Source: Podarcis liolepis (Eukaryota). Taken from it: DNA of 64,000 bases. The stretch is taken from the NCBI GenBank assembly GCA_965112155.1, contig OZ218098.1; one strand, written 5' to 3'. Made by a program: the position numbers and the translations under genes. Below, piece after piece: positions 37,277 to 50,600 of the stretch. Each line of letters opens with the position of its first letter. The first letter of the stretch is position 1. The notes beneath the pieces are model-generated. The model was not told the origin of the DNA and searched no databases. It saw only the letters and a list, made by a program, of their open reading frames with translations.

Positions 37277-37851
37277 AAAATAGCATTGGATACAGCTATA
37301 TGATCTAGTGTGTGTCTGAACAGCTTCACATGGAGTCTTTCACTTGTGCTCTAGCTTTATATCAAACATCACTCAAGCAGAATGTAAAATGCTGGTTTTA
37401 ATTTGAAAGGGAAGAAACCGTATCCTACTATGACAACCTTGTAATGTAATCCACTACTAATACTGCGGGTAGGAGGTGGTCTGGGGTTAAGAGGGAGAGG
37501 TTTTCATCTACCCTGTAATGTGTTTCAGGGTTATTTTGTACCTTCAAACACACAGCTACACTTTCCCACAACAGAGTTGTCCTCCATTTACCCACTCATG
37601 GGAAACATGTGTGTGAGGTGTGGAGTAAGGTAACATGCAGTCTTGTACTGGCCAGTTCAAGGTAGCCTCTTCATGGATATTGAAGTGTCAGCCCCAGACC
37701 CATCTCCAACCTGCAGTATTTACATTACAAGGTAGTCAGAGTCTCTTTCAAAATAAAAGTACATTTTTTCATGTGCAAAAAGACATTAATTAGAAACAGC
37801 ATTTTAAATACTGCTTCTTAGTCGAAACACTACCCCAAACTCTTTCTATAA

Positions 37852-38476
37852 TGTTATGAGTTTGTGGGTTCTAGACTCCCCAAAATTCCTGGGTCCAAAA
37901 AATGTTAGAAGTTAATCAATGCTTGGAGTGTTAAAGACTGGCTGCTAGACACTGGATTTAGCAGTGTTCAAAGACAGCCCAAAACAGCTTCCCATGTGCA
38001 GAAAATCTCCTGAGGTGATGGGCCATTAAATAGAAGACAAAGAGAAGGTGAGGAGCCCTTAGGAAAGACAAAAAGAAGGGACTCTGGGCCAGATGACAAA
38101 TGGGAACTAACTCAGAGTTAGTCTGAAAGACCAAGAACAGAGTTTGAAGCAGAATTAAGTTTAGGATTGGAGTTTGCAGGGTGTGACCTAGGGAAAAAAT
38201 GCCACAAACTGGAGAGAGGGTCAGAGTCCTATTTTTGGAGCATGTTTGATTTCTGTTTGAACCCAGGGCTGCAGCTATGGGAGAATCAAGATCCTCTTGG
38301 AGTTGTCATGCTGTGAACCTCTCCATCATAGGCTCAGGTTGCATATATGTGTAAATAAACCATGAATCATGAAGACAACACATTTACCACTGTTTCATTC
38401 CCCCCAAAGAAACCTGGACTCTGGGTAAGCATGCCTGGAATCTTGCACGGCTTGGAAATTTGGGCTCTGTATAACA
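37852..38476 (+). mobile_element. Putative old solo LTR
   Basis: TGTTAT...ATAACA ends; internal AATAAACCAT segment resembles ~12680-12820; no clear TSD. Confidence 0.4.
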
Positions 38477-39179
38477 AGATGATATGGCATCTCTTTATTA
38501 TTTACACAAGCAACCTCAACATTCTCAAGAATAATGTGTGTGTGTGTTTGTACACACACACACACACACATTTATTTTTCTGAATCTGGACTCTGACACT
38601 CAATCCATGGACAAATGTACTTATTTTAAATGCCTAGATATTTGTTTTGTTTTTCTGTTCTGTTTTTGATACTCTGTTCCAGCTGTTTTTCTAATTTTTA
38701 GATCCACTAATTTTTACAAACCAATAACATGCAAGTCTTGATAACCAATGCAGTAACTAAAGTTGTTCAGTAATAAAAGTAAAATATATCAGAGACAGCT
38801 AGTATCAATATAACATCCTTTGTCAGGTGAACATCATACATCCATTACAAATCTGTTCTCCCCCGCCCCCCACTTTATTTGCACCTCTACATACAAACAC
38901 ACACCATGTTTAGCTATACCTGGAATAGCTGGAGAAAAGAAAAATAACGAGCGAAACTGGGGGGGGGGGGGGCATTCTCACCCCACCAGAAGCCTGAACT
39001 AGCTTCGTGCCACATACTAATTTTTTTGCTTCTAGAAATTTATACACCGCTTGATTGTAAAAATAAAAAGCCTCAAAGCGGCTTGCAAAAAAGCAAAGCA
39101 AGGAAATCGAGAAAAATTCACAGCCATTCTTTGAAACACACAAAAGTTAAAATACTGAAACAGATGGAATTACGTGAAC

Positions 39180-39960
39180 CGGCTAAGCACTTGGAAGAAC
39201 TACAACTCCCACAAGCCATTGCGGCCAGCCGGCTGGGCGGCGCTCGGGCGAGAAGCCGGGGGGAGACTACAGTTCCCAGCAACCTCTGCAGGTCAGAGGA
39301 AGCCCAGCGGCCTTGGGGCGGCTTTCGGGCTTCTTCCTCGAGGCGCCGTCGGCTCCGCAGGCGAGAGGGAAGCGGCCGGGCTGGGCCGGTGGCGCTGCTG
39401 CTGCTGCTGCTGAGGTGCGCGACTGCTGCCCCCCCCTCAAGCGCCCCGTGGCTGCGGGCAGGGGGGAGCAGTGAAACGGCCTTTCGGAGGCTGGCGTTGC
39501 AGGCCTCGTCACGGGCCTAGTCCTCAGTGAGGTGCTTGCGCCGGGGGCCTGGGCGGTGTGTTGTTTGCCTGTCGCTTTTCACGTGACCGAGCATTCGCAC
39601 GGAGAGGAAACGCGTCAGGGAGAAGAGTCCCGGCCGGATCCTTCCCGGCCCCTTTGACAACGGGGACTTGTTTGCTCCCACAGGCAGCCGCGAATCGGGG
39701 CCCTCGCGTCGCCTCTTGCGCTGCCCGGGGAGAGGAGGCCGCCTTCCTGGACCGTTTCTCCGTGGGAAGGCGCAGGGCGGAATGGTGGCAGCCCCCGCAG
39801 GGCAGGAGCGCGAGGGGGACCAGAGGCAGGTTTCTTCCCCAGTCTTTCTGGGCCTGATACTTGCACGGGGGCGCATGTTGCCCCTCTGAGTAACCCACCT
39901 GCTTTCCCCTCCACGCCGCAGAGGGCAGCTGGGCTGGGCCTTAGGCGGGTCCCGATGTGG
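39180..39960 (+). promoter_or_regulatory. USP40: CpG-island promoter and non-coding first exon of USP40, with two ZNF143-type motifs
   Basis: Sharp rise in GC and CpG; ACTACAACTCCCA (39199-39211) and ACTACAGTTCCCA (39266-39278); exon 1 bounds not resolved. Confidence 0.75.
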
Positions 39961-40302
39961 GGCGTGGAGTGTTTTCACAGGCAGGTGCTGCCCTGGCTTC
40001 TCCTTTCCTTCTACCTAGTTGCCTCCCCCCTGCTTCTGTTTCCTGATGGAAATCTCCAAAACATGTCTTCTCCCACTTGGAGCTGCTTGAGTTGCTTCAC
40101 AGTGTGGGTATAAAGGACTTTCCAGGTACAATGGACCAGAGGCGTAGTGTGGGTTGTCAGCACCCGGGGCAAGGCAAGTAATTTGCTCCCTCTAGAGTGA
40201 GTGAGCCAGGTAGGGGCAGAGAGCTGCAAGTGCGAGTGCCCCCCCCAGATGTTGCACCCAGTGCGGCCGGCCCCCCCCTGCACCCCCCACGCTACGTCAC
40301 TG

Positions 40303-40550
40303 CAGTGGACGCTCGGGTTGCGACCGTGATCCAGGCGGGAGGCATGTTCGCAACCCACAGTGTTCACAACCCGCAGCGCCGCGTCTGTGCACATGCGGGT
40401 CGCAATTCAGTGCTTCTGCGCATAGCACAATTTTGCACATCTGCACATGTGTGCGCACCGGAAGTAACCCGTTTTGGTACTTCTGGGTTTGGCACGGTGT
40501 GCGACCCAAAAACGCGCAACCTGAAGCGTCTGTAACCCGAGGTATGACTG
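40303..40550. mobile_element. Tc1/mariner MITE related to family A
   Basis: CAGTGGACGCTCGGGTTG...TAACCCGAGGTATGACTG|TA. Confidence 0.7.
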
Positions 40551-41002
40551 TACTTGATAACTCTGTCCTAAGTGGCATATGTAATGTCCTGACAATATAT
40601 ATGCTAGAGGAACCACAGCCGGCTCCCATAGTGGTTCCTCTCTCCTCCCCACAACTGCCACCAAGGGGGCAAATCTAAATAGCCACCATGTCCTGAGGGG
40701 GAATGAAAAAGATGCAGTAACAGCTTTTTCTAAACAAGTCAATCCCACCCTGCCATTTCTGTTATAACCTTTTTAAATCAATGCTTATCGTTGTAATCAC
40801 TTTTTGAGGTCTGCCTGAAAAGAATATGAAATAAGTAAATAAAATAAATGGATTAGGATAAATCTGCACTTTAAGTAAAAATAGGTTGGTTAGTGGAGCA
40901 GTAAACTTCCTCTTGCCATATGTCAAGATATTACAGATCATCAGTTTACCAGGTATTTCCATATATGCCTTGATAAGTTACTGCTTAGTAAAAATACCAA
41001 TA

Positions 41003-41339
41003 CAGTGGTGCCCCGCAAGACGAATGCCTCGCAAGACGGAAAACCCGCTAGACGAAAGGGTTTTCCGTTTTGGAGGTGCTTCGCAAAATGAATTTCCTAT
41101 GGGATTGCTTCGCAAGACGACAATGCCTTGCGAGTTCCTGCGGGGTTTTTTTCCTCCCCCCCCTTTTTCTAAGCCGCTAAGCCGCTTATCAGCTGATCCA
41201 ATCAGCAGATAAGCCGCTAAAAGCAGCTAAAAGCCGCTAATAGCGCTAATCCGTCAATGGGCTTGCTTCGCAAGACGAAAAAACCGCTAGACGAAGAGAA
41301 TCACAGAACGGATTCTTTTCGTCTTGCGAGGCACCACTG
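41003..41339. mobile_element. Tc1/mariner MITE, family B
   Basis: TA-flanked TIRs as at 33932. Confidence 0.9.
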
Positions 41340-41461
41340 TACTTTAAAATATGGATATTTTTTCAGATAACACCAGTGTAACATAATTGATGAAAATAGA
41401 AAGTTCTGTAGTAAAAGATTATTTTATCTTCTTCTTTAAAGGTCTGTGTTATAATTTCACA

Positions 41462-41657
41462 ATGTTTGGAAATTTATTTGATGAAGACTTCTCCTTTTTG
41501 TCAAACAATCAATGTGGGAAGCAAAAATCAAAACACAAAGATGCTGAGCAGCTTGTTCCTAGAGAAAGCACCAATTTAAGTGGAATAAAAAATCAGGGTG
41601 GAACCTGTTACCTTAATTCACTTCTTCAGACTCTACTATTCACACCAGAATTTAGAG
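41462..41657 (+). CDS. USP40: USP40 coding exon 1
   Basis: MFGNLF...NQGGTCYLNSLLQTLLFTPEFR; acceptor ends at 41441, donor gtact. Confidence 0.93.
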
Positions 41658-44600
41658 GTACTGTACAGTATTTTAACATTTTAAAATAGCTTTTTCTGAA
41701 AGCCAGATTTTGTGTTATTTCACACAAAGTAGTTTACTTTACTTTTCTTACTATATAACCTAGGAATGAATGGGAAAAAAACTTCAAAAATGTATTTCTA
41801 AATGTTGTATTGGATTATAGACCAGAGTATCTAAGGATTGAGTAAAATGCACAATGAAAGATACAAAGGTTGAAAGTAACAAAAAGGCTTGTGTGGCATA
41901 ATGAAAGTTAACAAATGTATACTCTGAAAAGTATATTTGGGTAAGAGTGTTGATATTTTTCCGGCATCAATTATTAGGCTAGTTGGCTAACTGTTGATCC
42001 AGAGCTGTAGCATAGACTTGTTTTATTCAGAATTGATTTGAGGTTTTGCCTGTTAATGTAAGTTGGTCATCACCACAGTGCCTGATTCTGAATCCGAATA
42101 ATATTTCTGTTTCATGTCTGTTGTCTGTGTGCCTCAGACTTAGCTTTTCCTTATTAGATCATCTCATCTTTCTGTGGATGAATGGGCAGAGCTCGCTTGC
42201 TTCCCACTGTATTAAAATGGTCCTTTTTGTCTGCTTTCTTTGAACAGACATTAAACTCTGCAATCTCACTATTTTTTAAAAAAGCCAAATTGTGCAAGGA
42301 CCAACACTGACAACTTCCTCAGAATAAATAAACCTTTTGTCCCATGGGGAATGGACAAAAGCAAAATGATCATGCTAGCTCGTGCCTATGGAAATTGTGA
42401 TACAAACCCATTTGGAGGGCAAAGGAGAAAAATAAAGACTGATTTAGAAAGTTAACATTTCTATTTGCACACTTCTTTATAATTGTGGTGTTGGTAGGAG
42501 ATTTGTTCTCATACTGGTATTTTTCATTTTTGTTGTAGAAGCACTGTTTTCTATAGGCCCTGAAGAACTTGGTTCTTTGGAAGACAACAGTAAGCCTGAA
42601 TCAAAGGTATTCAATTCTATACTTCAATCAGCTCAGAGCCAGTGTGGTGTAGTGGCTAAGAGCGGTGGACTCGTAATCTGGGGAACTGGGTTCGCGTCTC
42701 CGCTCCTCCACATGCAGATGCTGTTAGTTATACCGTAGCCTGCAGAGGTTCATCTTGAAGCAACTTGGAGGAGGGCCTTCTTTGTTGTGGCTTCCAGGCT
42801 GTGGAGTGAGCTCCCCTCTGAAATAGTGCAGGTACCGTATTTTTCGCCCCATAGGACGCACTTTTTCCCCTCCAAAAATGAAGGGGAAATGTGTGTGCGT
42901 CCTATGGGGCGAATGCAGGCTTTCGCTGAAGCCTGGAGAGCGAGAGGCATTGGTGCACACTGACCCCTCTCGTTCTCCAGGCTTCAGGAAGCTATCCGCA
43001 AGCCTTGCAAGCCCGGTGGGAGTTCCCGCGGGCTCACAAGGCTTGTGGGCAGCAGCCTGCAGCCCCCGCGAGTGTCCGCAAGCCTTGCACGCCCGGCAGG
43101 AGGTCCCGCCGGGTGCGCGAGGCTTGGGGCGGCAGCCTGTCGCCCGAAGCACGGGGAGCCCTCCGGAGGGTGCCCCGTGCTTCGGGCAGGTGAGTGCAAG
43201 GCTTGGGGCGGCAGCCAGGGCGGGGGGGGGGGAATATATATATTTTTAATTCATTTCCCCCCAAAAAACCGAGGTGCGTCCTATGGGCCGGTGCACCCTA
43301 TAGGACGAAAAATACGGTATCTACTGTGGTGAACTTCTAATGGGCTGCTTAAAATATATCCATTTACTCAATTTTTGCCTCATCTTTGATTACAGCTGGA
43401 AGATTTCTAGCTACTGTAAATGTGATGTTTTGTTTTTATTAGATTTTTTTATTGTACATTGAATTGTTTGGATTGAATTGTGTTTTTGTATACTGACTTG
43501 GTATTTAATGAAAGGCAGTACAGTAGTACCTTGGGTTACAAACACTTCGGGTTACAGACTCCGCTAACCCAGAAGTTGTACCTCAGGTTAAGAACTTTGC
43601 TTCAGGATGAGAACAAAAATCGCGCGCTGGCGGCAGCGGGAGGCCCCATTAGCCAAAATGGTACCTCAGGTTAAGAACGGACCTCCAGAATAAATTAAGT
43701 TCGTAACCAGAGGTACCACTGTATGTAATTTTTTTAATTTAATAAATATGTTCCTTGAAGGTTAATGGAAAGTCAGCTTCTTAAAGTTTATGATCATTTC
43801 TGTTTAGGTTCGAATAATCCCATTACAGCTCCAACGGTTGTTTGCCCAACTTCTGCTCCTAGATCAACATGCTGCATCTACAACAGACCTCACTGACAGC
43901 TTTGGATGGAATAGTAATGAGGTACAATATAGTATTCATTGATAGCATCGCTCGCCCTGAAGGTGGTTTTCCCTGTGTTTCCTTTTCCTCCAGAAAAAAA
44001 GGAAATAAAAACAGTATATTTTGTCAAACTACTTTTGTTCAGAGCTTCACTGAAGGTAAATATCCGTTTCCTTCATAAAGGAAGGGAATATGAATATTTA
44101 TATGGTATCACTACATTTGCCAAATAATTTATTAATAATGTTGACAATTTTTAAAACCTTTAACATTTGTATGAAATTCCTCCGAAGTATTTTACTAGCC
44201 TGGCTGCCTATATTGTCAGCCATATATTAGCCTAGGGGAGGGATGGTCCACAGCTCTGCTTCTCGACCCACACCCCTATAATCCACCCCATTCATCATAG
44301 TCTCCTGACCCTCAGGAGAGGCTTGGGGTGGCAAGATACTGGGAAGGATCCAACCCTTTGAGGTGGTTCCTCCCTCCTTCCTGGTTAATATTTCATAGGT
44401 CTTCAAACTTTAATTTCATTGGTAGTTTATTAATTTTAATTGGTAGGCATACATGTTAAGGGCATAATTATTTTTGAAGATTCTTTCGTTTCAGGTATGT
44501 TTTTGTAATAGGAAATGAAAGGCAAAATATTAAAATTGTATAATTTCCCAACAATTAGGGGTAGTTCATGACATGTTTGCGCTCTTAAAATGCTTTCATA

Positions 44601-47600
44601 TGTTGCTTTCAATATAGCTTCATCTCGCCTTTGGAACACATGAAAGATGCTCAGACAGTTAAAATGGGAATTGTGCTTTAGGCCACAGTTCCATTGCAGA
44701 CCATACTCTAGCACAGGAATGGCTAATGTGATGTTCTCCAAATGTTACTAGATTTCACCTCTCATCAGCCCCAACCAGCAAGGCTAATGGCCAAAAGCCA
44801 GTGGGAATTGTAGTCTAGCAACACCTGCAAGTCACCACATTGGCTGTCCCTCCTCTAGTAGATATGAGGACATCCCATAATGGGAGTTCATGTTATATAG
44901 CTATCAGTTGGAAAGGCCACAAAGATTCCAATTTAGTGGGTGTCCCTGACACCAGAAGAACAAACTAAAATGACAGATAAGCAACCACAAAAAAGACACT
45001 GCTGGGTTAACATGACATCTGTTGAGCACTGCTGTGGCAAGAGCTTTAGGGACGTTGTAAATTAGGTTAATTTGCATAATTGGATCTTAATTGAAATGAA
45101 GAGGAAAACTCTTTTCAAGCAATGTCAGTTCTTTTTTTAAAATAATCTCTTATCTTGCAGGAAATGAGACAACATGATGTGCAGGAGTTAAATCGGATTC
45201 TATTCAGTGCTTTAGAAACCTCCCTTGTTGGGACCTCTGGTCATAATCTAATAAACCAGTTATACCATGGGACTGTTGTTAATCACATTGTCTGTAAAGA
45301 GTGCAAGAATGTCAGTGAGAGACAGGTAATTCCATGGGAAAGTTTCAGAACAGTATTCTGTGCGCTCTCTTGTGTTTCCAGTGACAAATTTTTAACCGGG
45401 AGTCCTCTGCAGCTTCACATTTAGCAATGCAGTCCCGCTAGAAATGTGCAGATCAAATTTTAGTCAAGTTAAAATTTCTCAATACAGCTATCTGTTGTTC
45501 AGAACTCGATGTGATTATTAGAATTAGTAATGTTTTAAAATAAACATTATGGTACAAATGTAATCTTAGAAACTAGTCCAGTTCTGAACCTTTGCCCAAA
45601 ATTTCAAAGATCTTTGGGATTGCAATGCAAATCGCAATTGTATATTTTTAACTTTTGCTATGCATAATTGACACAGCTTTTGAGTCAAAATAACCATACA
45701 ATAAGCCAAGGTATGAACAAGTCTTTCACCCCACACAGCCCTAGCAAGCAGAAAAACAGGAAAATTTCCATTTAACAGTAGTTTCCCATTTTATCGACAC
45801 CAGGAAACTGGTTGCCATATTCAGAACAGGCCAGGATAGTAAATCAAGGTTTGAAGTTAGCTTGACTTGTTCTGAACCTGTTAACCATTGTTTCCTGGCA
45901 TTGGTGGACTCGGGTTGTAGTTTTCTTATGAGCTATATAAATAAGTCCATAATGTCTTTAAAATACATTTTTAAAGGAGGGCTTTCCTCTCTGCTCGGCT
46001 TTGTAGGAGGATTTCTTGGACCTAACAGTTGCTGTCAAAGATGTATCTGGCTTGGAGGAAGCCTTGTGGAATATGTATGTGGAAGAAGAACATTTTGAGA
46101 AAGATAACTTGTATCGGTGTGGAGCATGCAATAAATTAGTTGAAGCCACAAAGGTAGTATTTTACAAGTATTGTTTACTCAGATGTTGAGTATATAACAT
46201 CCTAAAATAAGGCTAATTATCTTCTGCGCAAAATTCATTTAATCCATTCATTGTGTCATGTGCTTGGATGGTTGCACTCTAGATGATGGAAACTTATTCT
46301 TGTTGTAATTGGGAGAAATGGCCAGTGAAATGTTTTGTAATCATATGCAGAGCTGTGGGAATTCTTCCAAGATGCTCAGGTCCCCCCTCTTCAAAATGGT
46401 GCCCTGGATGAATGTTAAGAGTTTTGCGTGACTTGGAAAATTTTGCTTCAGCAATAAGATTCGGTATATGGGAAATTAAGTTATAATTATGAAAAGACTA
46501 ATGTTTAAAGTAATATTATATTTATTTTAAGGCAAAGTAATCTAACAACAAGTATCTTAAACATAAAATATAACTATTTGAAAGTACAAAGGAATGCATG
46601 AAACAAGGTAATAATTTGCTGATATCTTTATTGTAAAGAATGCAGGGTGAGGGAGATGTGGGGAAGTCCGGTTGGTTATGAAAAAATGTCTTGGAAAAAT
46701 GGATCTCTTTCTTTTCTTTTCTTCTTACTGTTATCTCTTCATATATCTGACTTTATATTTGTATCTGAAAAAAGCAATAAAAATATTTATAAAAACAAAA
46801 CAAAAAACAAAAAAAACAAAATGGTGCCCTGGATATGTTTTGGAGGGCTTCAGCTTGGGGAAGGCTGACATAGATCGTGGGAAGGGCAAGTATTCTATTG
46901 CATTTCTGAAAGTCCTACTTCCCTTGAAATTTAAAGGAGCTTCATGAAATAAATATATTGCAGAACTATGATCCTCCTGCAAATGTAGGGACTTGGTGCA
47001 GACCTGCTTTCAGTTCTTATTGTCGAATATGGATTACTAGAGTGTGAAAATATGAGATGATTTTAACTTTTCCAGAATGTTTAAAATATATTCTCTTGTT
47101 AAGTACTTTTAATGATTATGAATAAAATCTGTATGTTTTAATTTATATATATTTGCTTGTATAATCTTACCTTGCAAAATTAGGCTAAGCTGTCTTCTCT
47201 TTGGATCTCCCCCCCCCCCCCGTGTATTTTGTCTTATTCATGGACTATCATTATATTTGTAAAATTTACATTCCACCTTTCCACCCAATTGTACTAGTAG
47301 CAATAAGATACAAATAAAATAAAATGCATTAAAATGGGAATAAAATAAAATAAAAAATAGAAAAACATAGCTTTGGTCACCAAAATATGATCACTTTCCT
47401 AAAAACGTTTTACTTATTTTACAGTCTGCTAAACTACGCAAGTTGCCTCCGTTTCTCACAATCTCCCTCTTGAGATTTAACTTCAATTTCGAGAAGTGTG
47501 AACGATACAAGGAAATAAGCAGCTATGCATTTCCAATCCGGATAAACCTCAAGCCTTTTTGTGAGCAGGTTGAACTATTTTTATGTGTCTAAATTTTCAT

Positions 47601-50600
47601 CACTTTGAATCATTAATGTTTTCTGCTGGGTGATTTGGGGGTAATTGCAGAAGCTGTGCTCTTGTTTACTGGTACAATCTTCACTTAATTCTATGTCCAG
47701 TTTCTTACTGTAAAGGTTAGAAGAGGTACATATCTTACTATAGTATCCCTTAAGGCTGCTTAGTCAAACATTTATTTATTGCACTTACACCCCACTCTTT
47801 TCTTTAAGGAGCTCAGGGTCTCATACATGGTTCACCGCATTTAATCCCTACCACAACTGTCTGAGGTAAAGGTAAAGGGATCCCTGACCATTAGGTCCAG
47901 TTGCGGACGACTCTGGGGTTGCAGCGCTCACCTCGCTTTATTGGCCGAGGGAGCTGGCGTCATGTGGCCAGCATGACTAAGCCGCTTCTGGCGAACCAGA
48001 GCAGCGCACGGAAACGCCGTTTACCTTCCCGCCAGAGTGGTACCTATTTATCTACTTGCACTTCGTGCTTATGAACTGCTAGGTGGGCAGGAGCTGGGAC
48101 TGAGGAACGAGAGCTCATCCTGTCTCGGGGATCCGAACCGCCAACTTTCTGATCGGCAAGCCCTAGGCTCTGTGGTTTAACTCACAGTGCCACCCGCATC
48201 CCTGTCTGAGATATGTTAGGCAAAAAGACAGTGACTGTGCACAACCGTGCAGGAGTCTAACCTGGAGCAAGTAGGTTGTCCACACCATGGAGGAATGGAT
48301 GAGAAGAGTTCCTGATGGTGGCTATTTATATTATAAATGTTCAAGTGCCCCAAAACACTCAGCTGTATCTCTCACATTGGAATATCCATGTAATGGCCTG
48401 TACTTTGATATTTCCAGTTCAATGCATTCTGTTTTTCTTGCTCTGTCTTTGATTGTTTTTACCTCAGTTGTGGAAATAGCTTTTGATTATTGTTGTCTTT
48501 TTTTTTAAGACTGAAGTGGATGATTTCAAATACATGTATGAGCTCTTTTCTGTTATAATACACAAAGGTGGCTGTTATGGAGGACATTATCATGTTTACA
48601 TCAGAGATATTGATGAACTAGGAAATTGGCAGGTGCTAGTAAGTTGATTTCTATATGTGTATACTTTGCAAATAAAGAATTAAGGCATTTTTATATGAAC
48701 ACACACTGGAGTAAAGCATAAATCATCATTCCTCCAAGGAGCTGATGACCACATATATGGGAGTTATCCCATTGTATCTTCATGCCTAAGACTGTTAAAT
48801 GCAGTTCCTGTCGCAGTGTATAGATGAGTTTCCCCTTTTTTATTTTCTCAGTTACTCTATATAAAGAGACGAGATCATATAAGTTTAGATTTGATTATTT
48901 ACTTCCCTCCTAAAGCATCTTATGTGATTATTTAGATAAGTATAAATGATTTCTAGTATTTAAAGGTTCTGAGTTCTCTGTATCAGATTTTACATGATTT
49001 CAGGACCAAAACTTCATCTCTGAGGCAAGGAATCTCATATATGTTGCATTGTAGAGCACAATTTTACATGAAGGTTCAATAGTGAGAATTGGTATTGATA
49101 TACATTAATAATACATTTAATAAAAAGCATGAAATATTGACAGTTGAGTACTACATGATAATCAGTGGAAGGCAGATAGACTTTTAAAAAATGCTAGCCT
49201 TCCTTTGGCATAACAGAATGCACAGCTCTGTCTTTCTAGTTCTTTTTTCTTTTTTGAAGTTATTTTTGATCTCTTGGAGGAGGAAAGCAACATGAATGAT
49301 GAAGATAAGGATTTGAAAGATATTGAAAATGCAAAAGAGAAGGAAAATCCATTACGAATTTTAAGAAACATCTTATTGGAGGTAGGGTACGCCAGAATAC
49401 CTTTCATGCTCCTTAATTATATTTAAGCTGATATGTATTTAAACTGTACATTTCAACACTGCTGTTTTAAGTTCAGCTCTGAGACTGAACATTTCAGATT
49501 TTTCTTTTTAAATATTGAAGTTCAAGATCTGCTGGAACTTTATGTGCGTTAAAATAATTTTCTTTTTGTGTGTAAAAAAAATATTCTGTGTTACACAAGT
49601 TAGCAAAACTGAGAAGCAAACACAAGATTTGTCTTTGAAACAATTTCCCACTTGTGTCCTTCAGCTGTTGACTCTTATACATGAACCAAGACAGTCATGG
49701 AGTCAGTAGTTGGTACATAAAGAGGAACTTTTTTAAAAGCCACTTTGGTGCTCACAGTTCAGAGGGTGTGTTAAAGGATCTGTTTGTGTTTGGGAGTGAT
49801 TAGGTGAGCTGTATTATAATGGGGGAAGGGACCATGTTTGGAACCCGATTTGGCCCCTCTGTTAGCACTTGCCTGTCCCATTTTGAGTAATAATTAATTT
49901 TAGAGTCTGCAGATCAGTCAATAGTTATCTAATATTGTAGGAAGAGTCTAAGGAAATTGCTGTGGATCGGTTGGCACAGAAACTTTTGGAGAAAAAAAGT
50001 GTGTCCTGGAACAAGAAATACCGTAAACAGCATGGACCAATACGGAAGGTATTTGAAGATAATTCTGTTTTATCTCTGTTGGCTTTAATCCTTTTGCACT
50101 TTACATCTTACACAGTTCAACATAGAAAGTGATACTACCTGAGTTAGTGGTGATTTTCCTGTGGCATGAGTGGCCATCCTGTTGTTTTACACTTCCCAGC
50201 AGGTCTTGCTCCTACGGAGCAGTTGCCAGGACTGAAGGTCCCTGCCTTCCATCCTTTCTCAGGCTCCTCCTCTCCCAGATGTTTCCCAAGCACACTCAAA
50301 TTGTGTCTGCACACCTCTGGTTTCTGTTCTGCTCTCCTCATTATTCTCTGTTCTTGAAGATCAGGGGGGAGGGGAGTTTGTTGCAGCGGGAAAGTCCCTG
50401 GATTCTTCAGCAGCCTCTTGACCCCGCAGCCTCGGTGTCAGCCTCAGTGTCTGGACTGCTCCCTGTCGCCGGCTCTTCCTGCTCACTGAACCCTGTTGCT
50501 CCTTCAGCATCCAGCCCCTCCTCCCAATCCTCTCCCTCTGACCTCTTCTCTGTGTCCCACTACCAATCCTCTGGCTCTGAGCTTTTGTACTTTGGGTTTT

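Noticed and set aside
39026-39978. Overlapping 80-164 aa ORFs on both strands
   Set aside because: Expected from the stop-poor GC-rich CpG island; no recognisable domain
42724-43332. Cluster of ORFs here and at 59704-60281
   Set aside because: They lie inside GC-rich non-autonomous MITEs and show no transposase motifs
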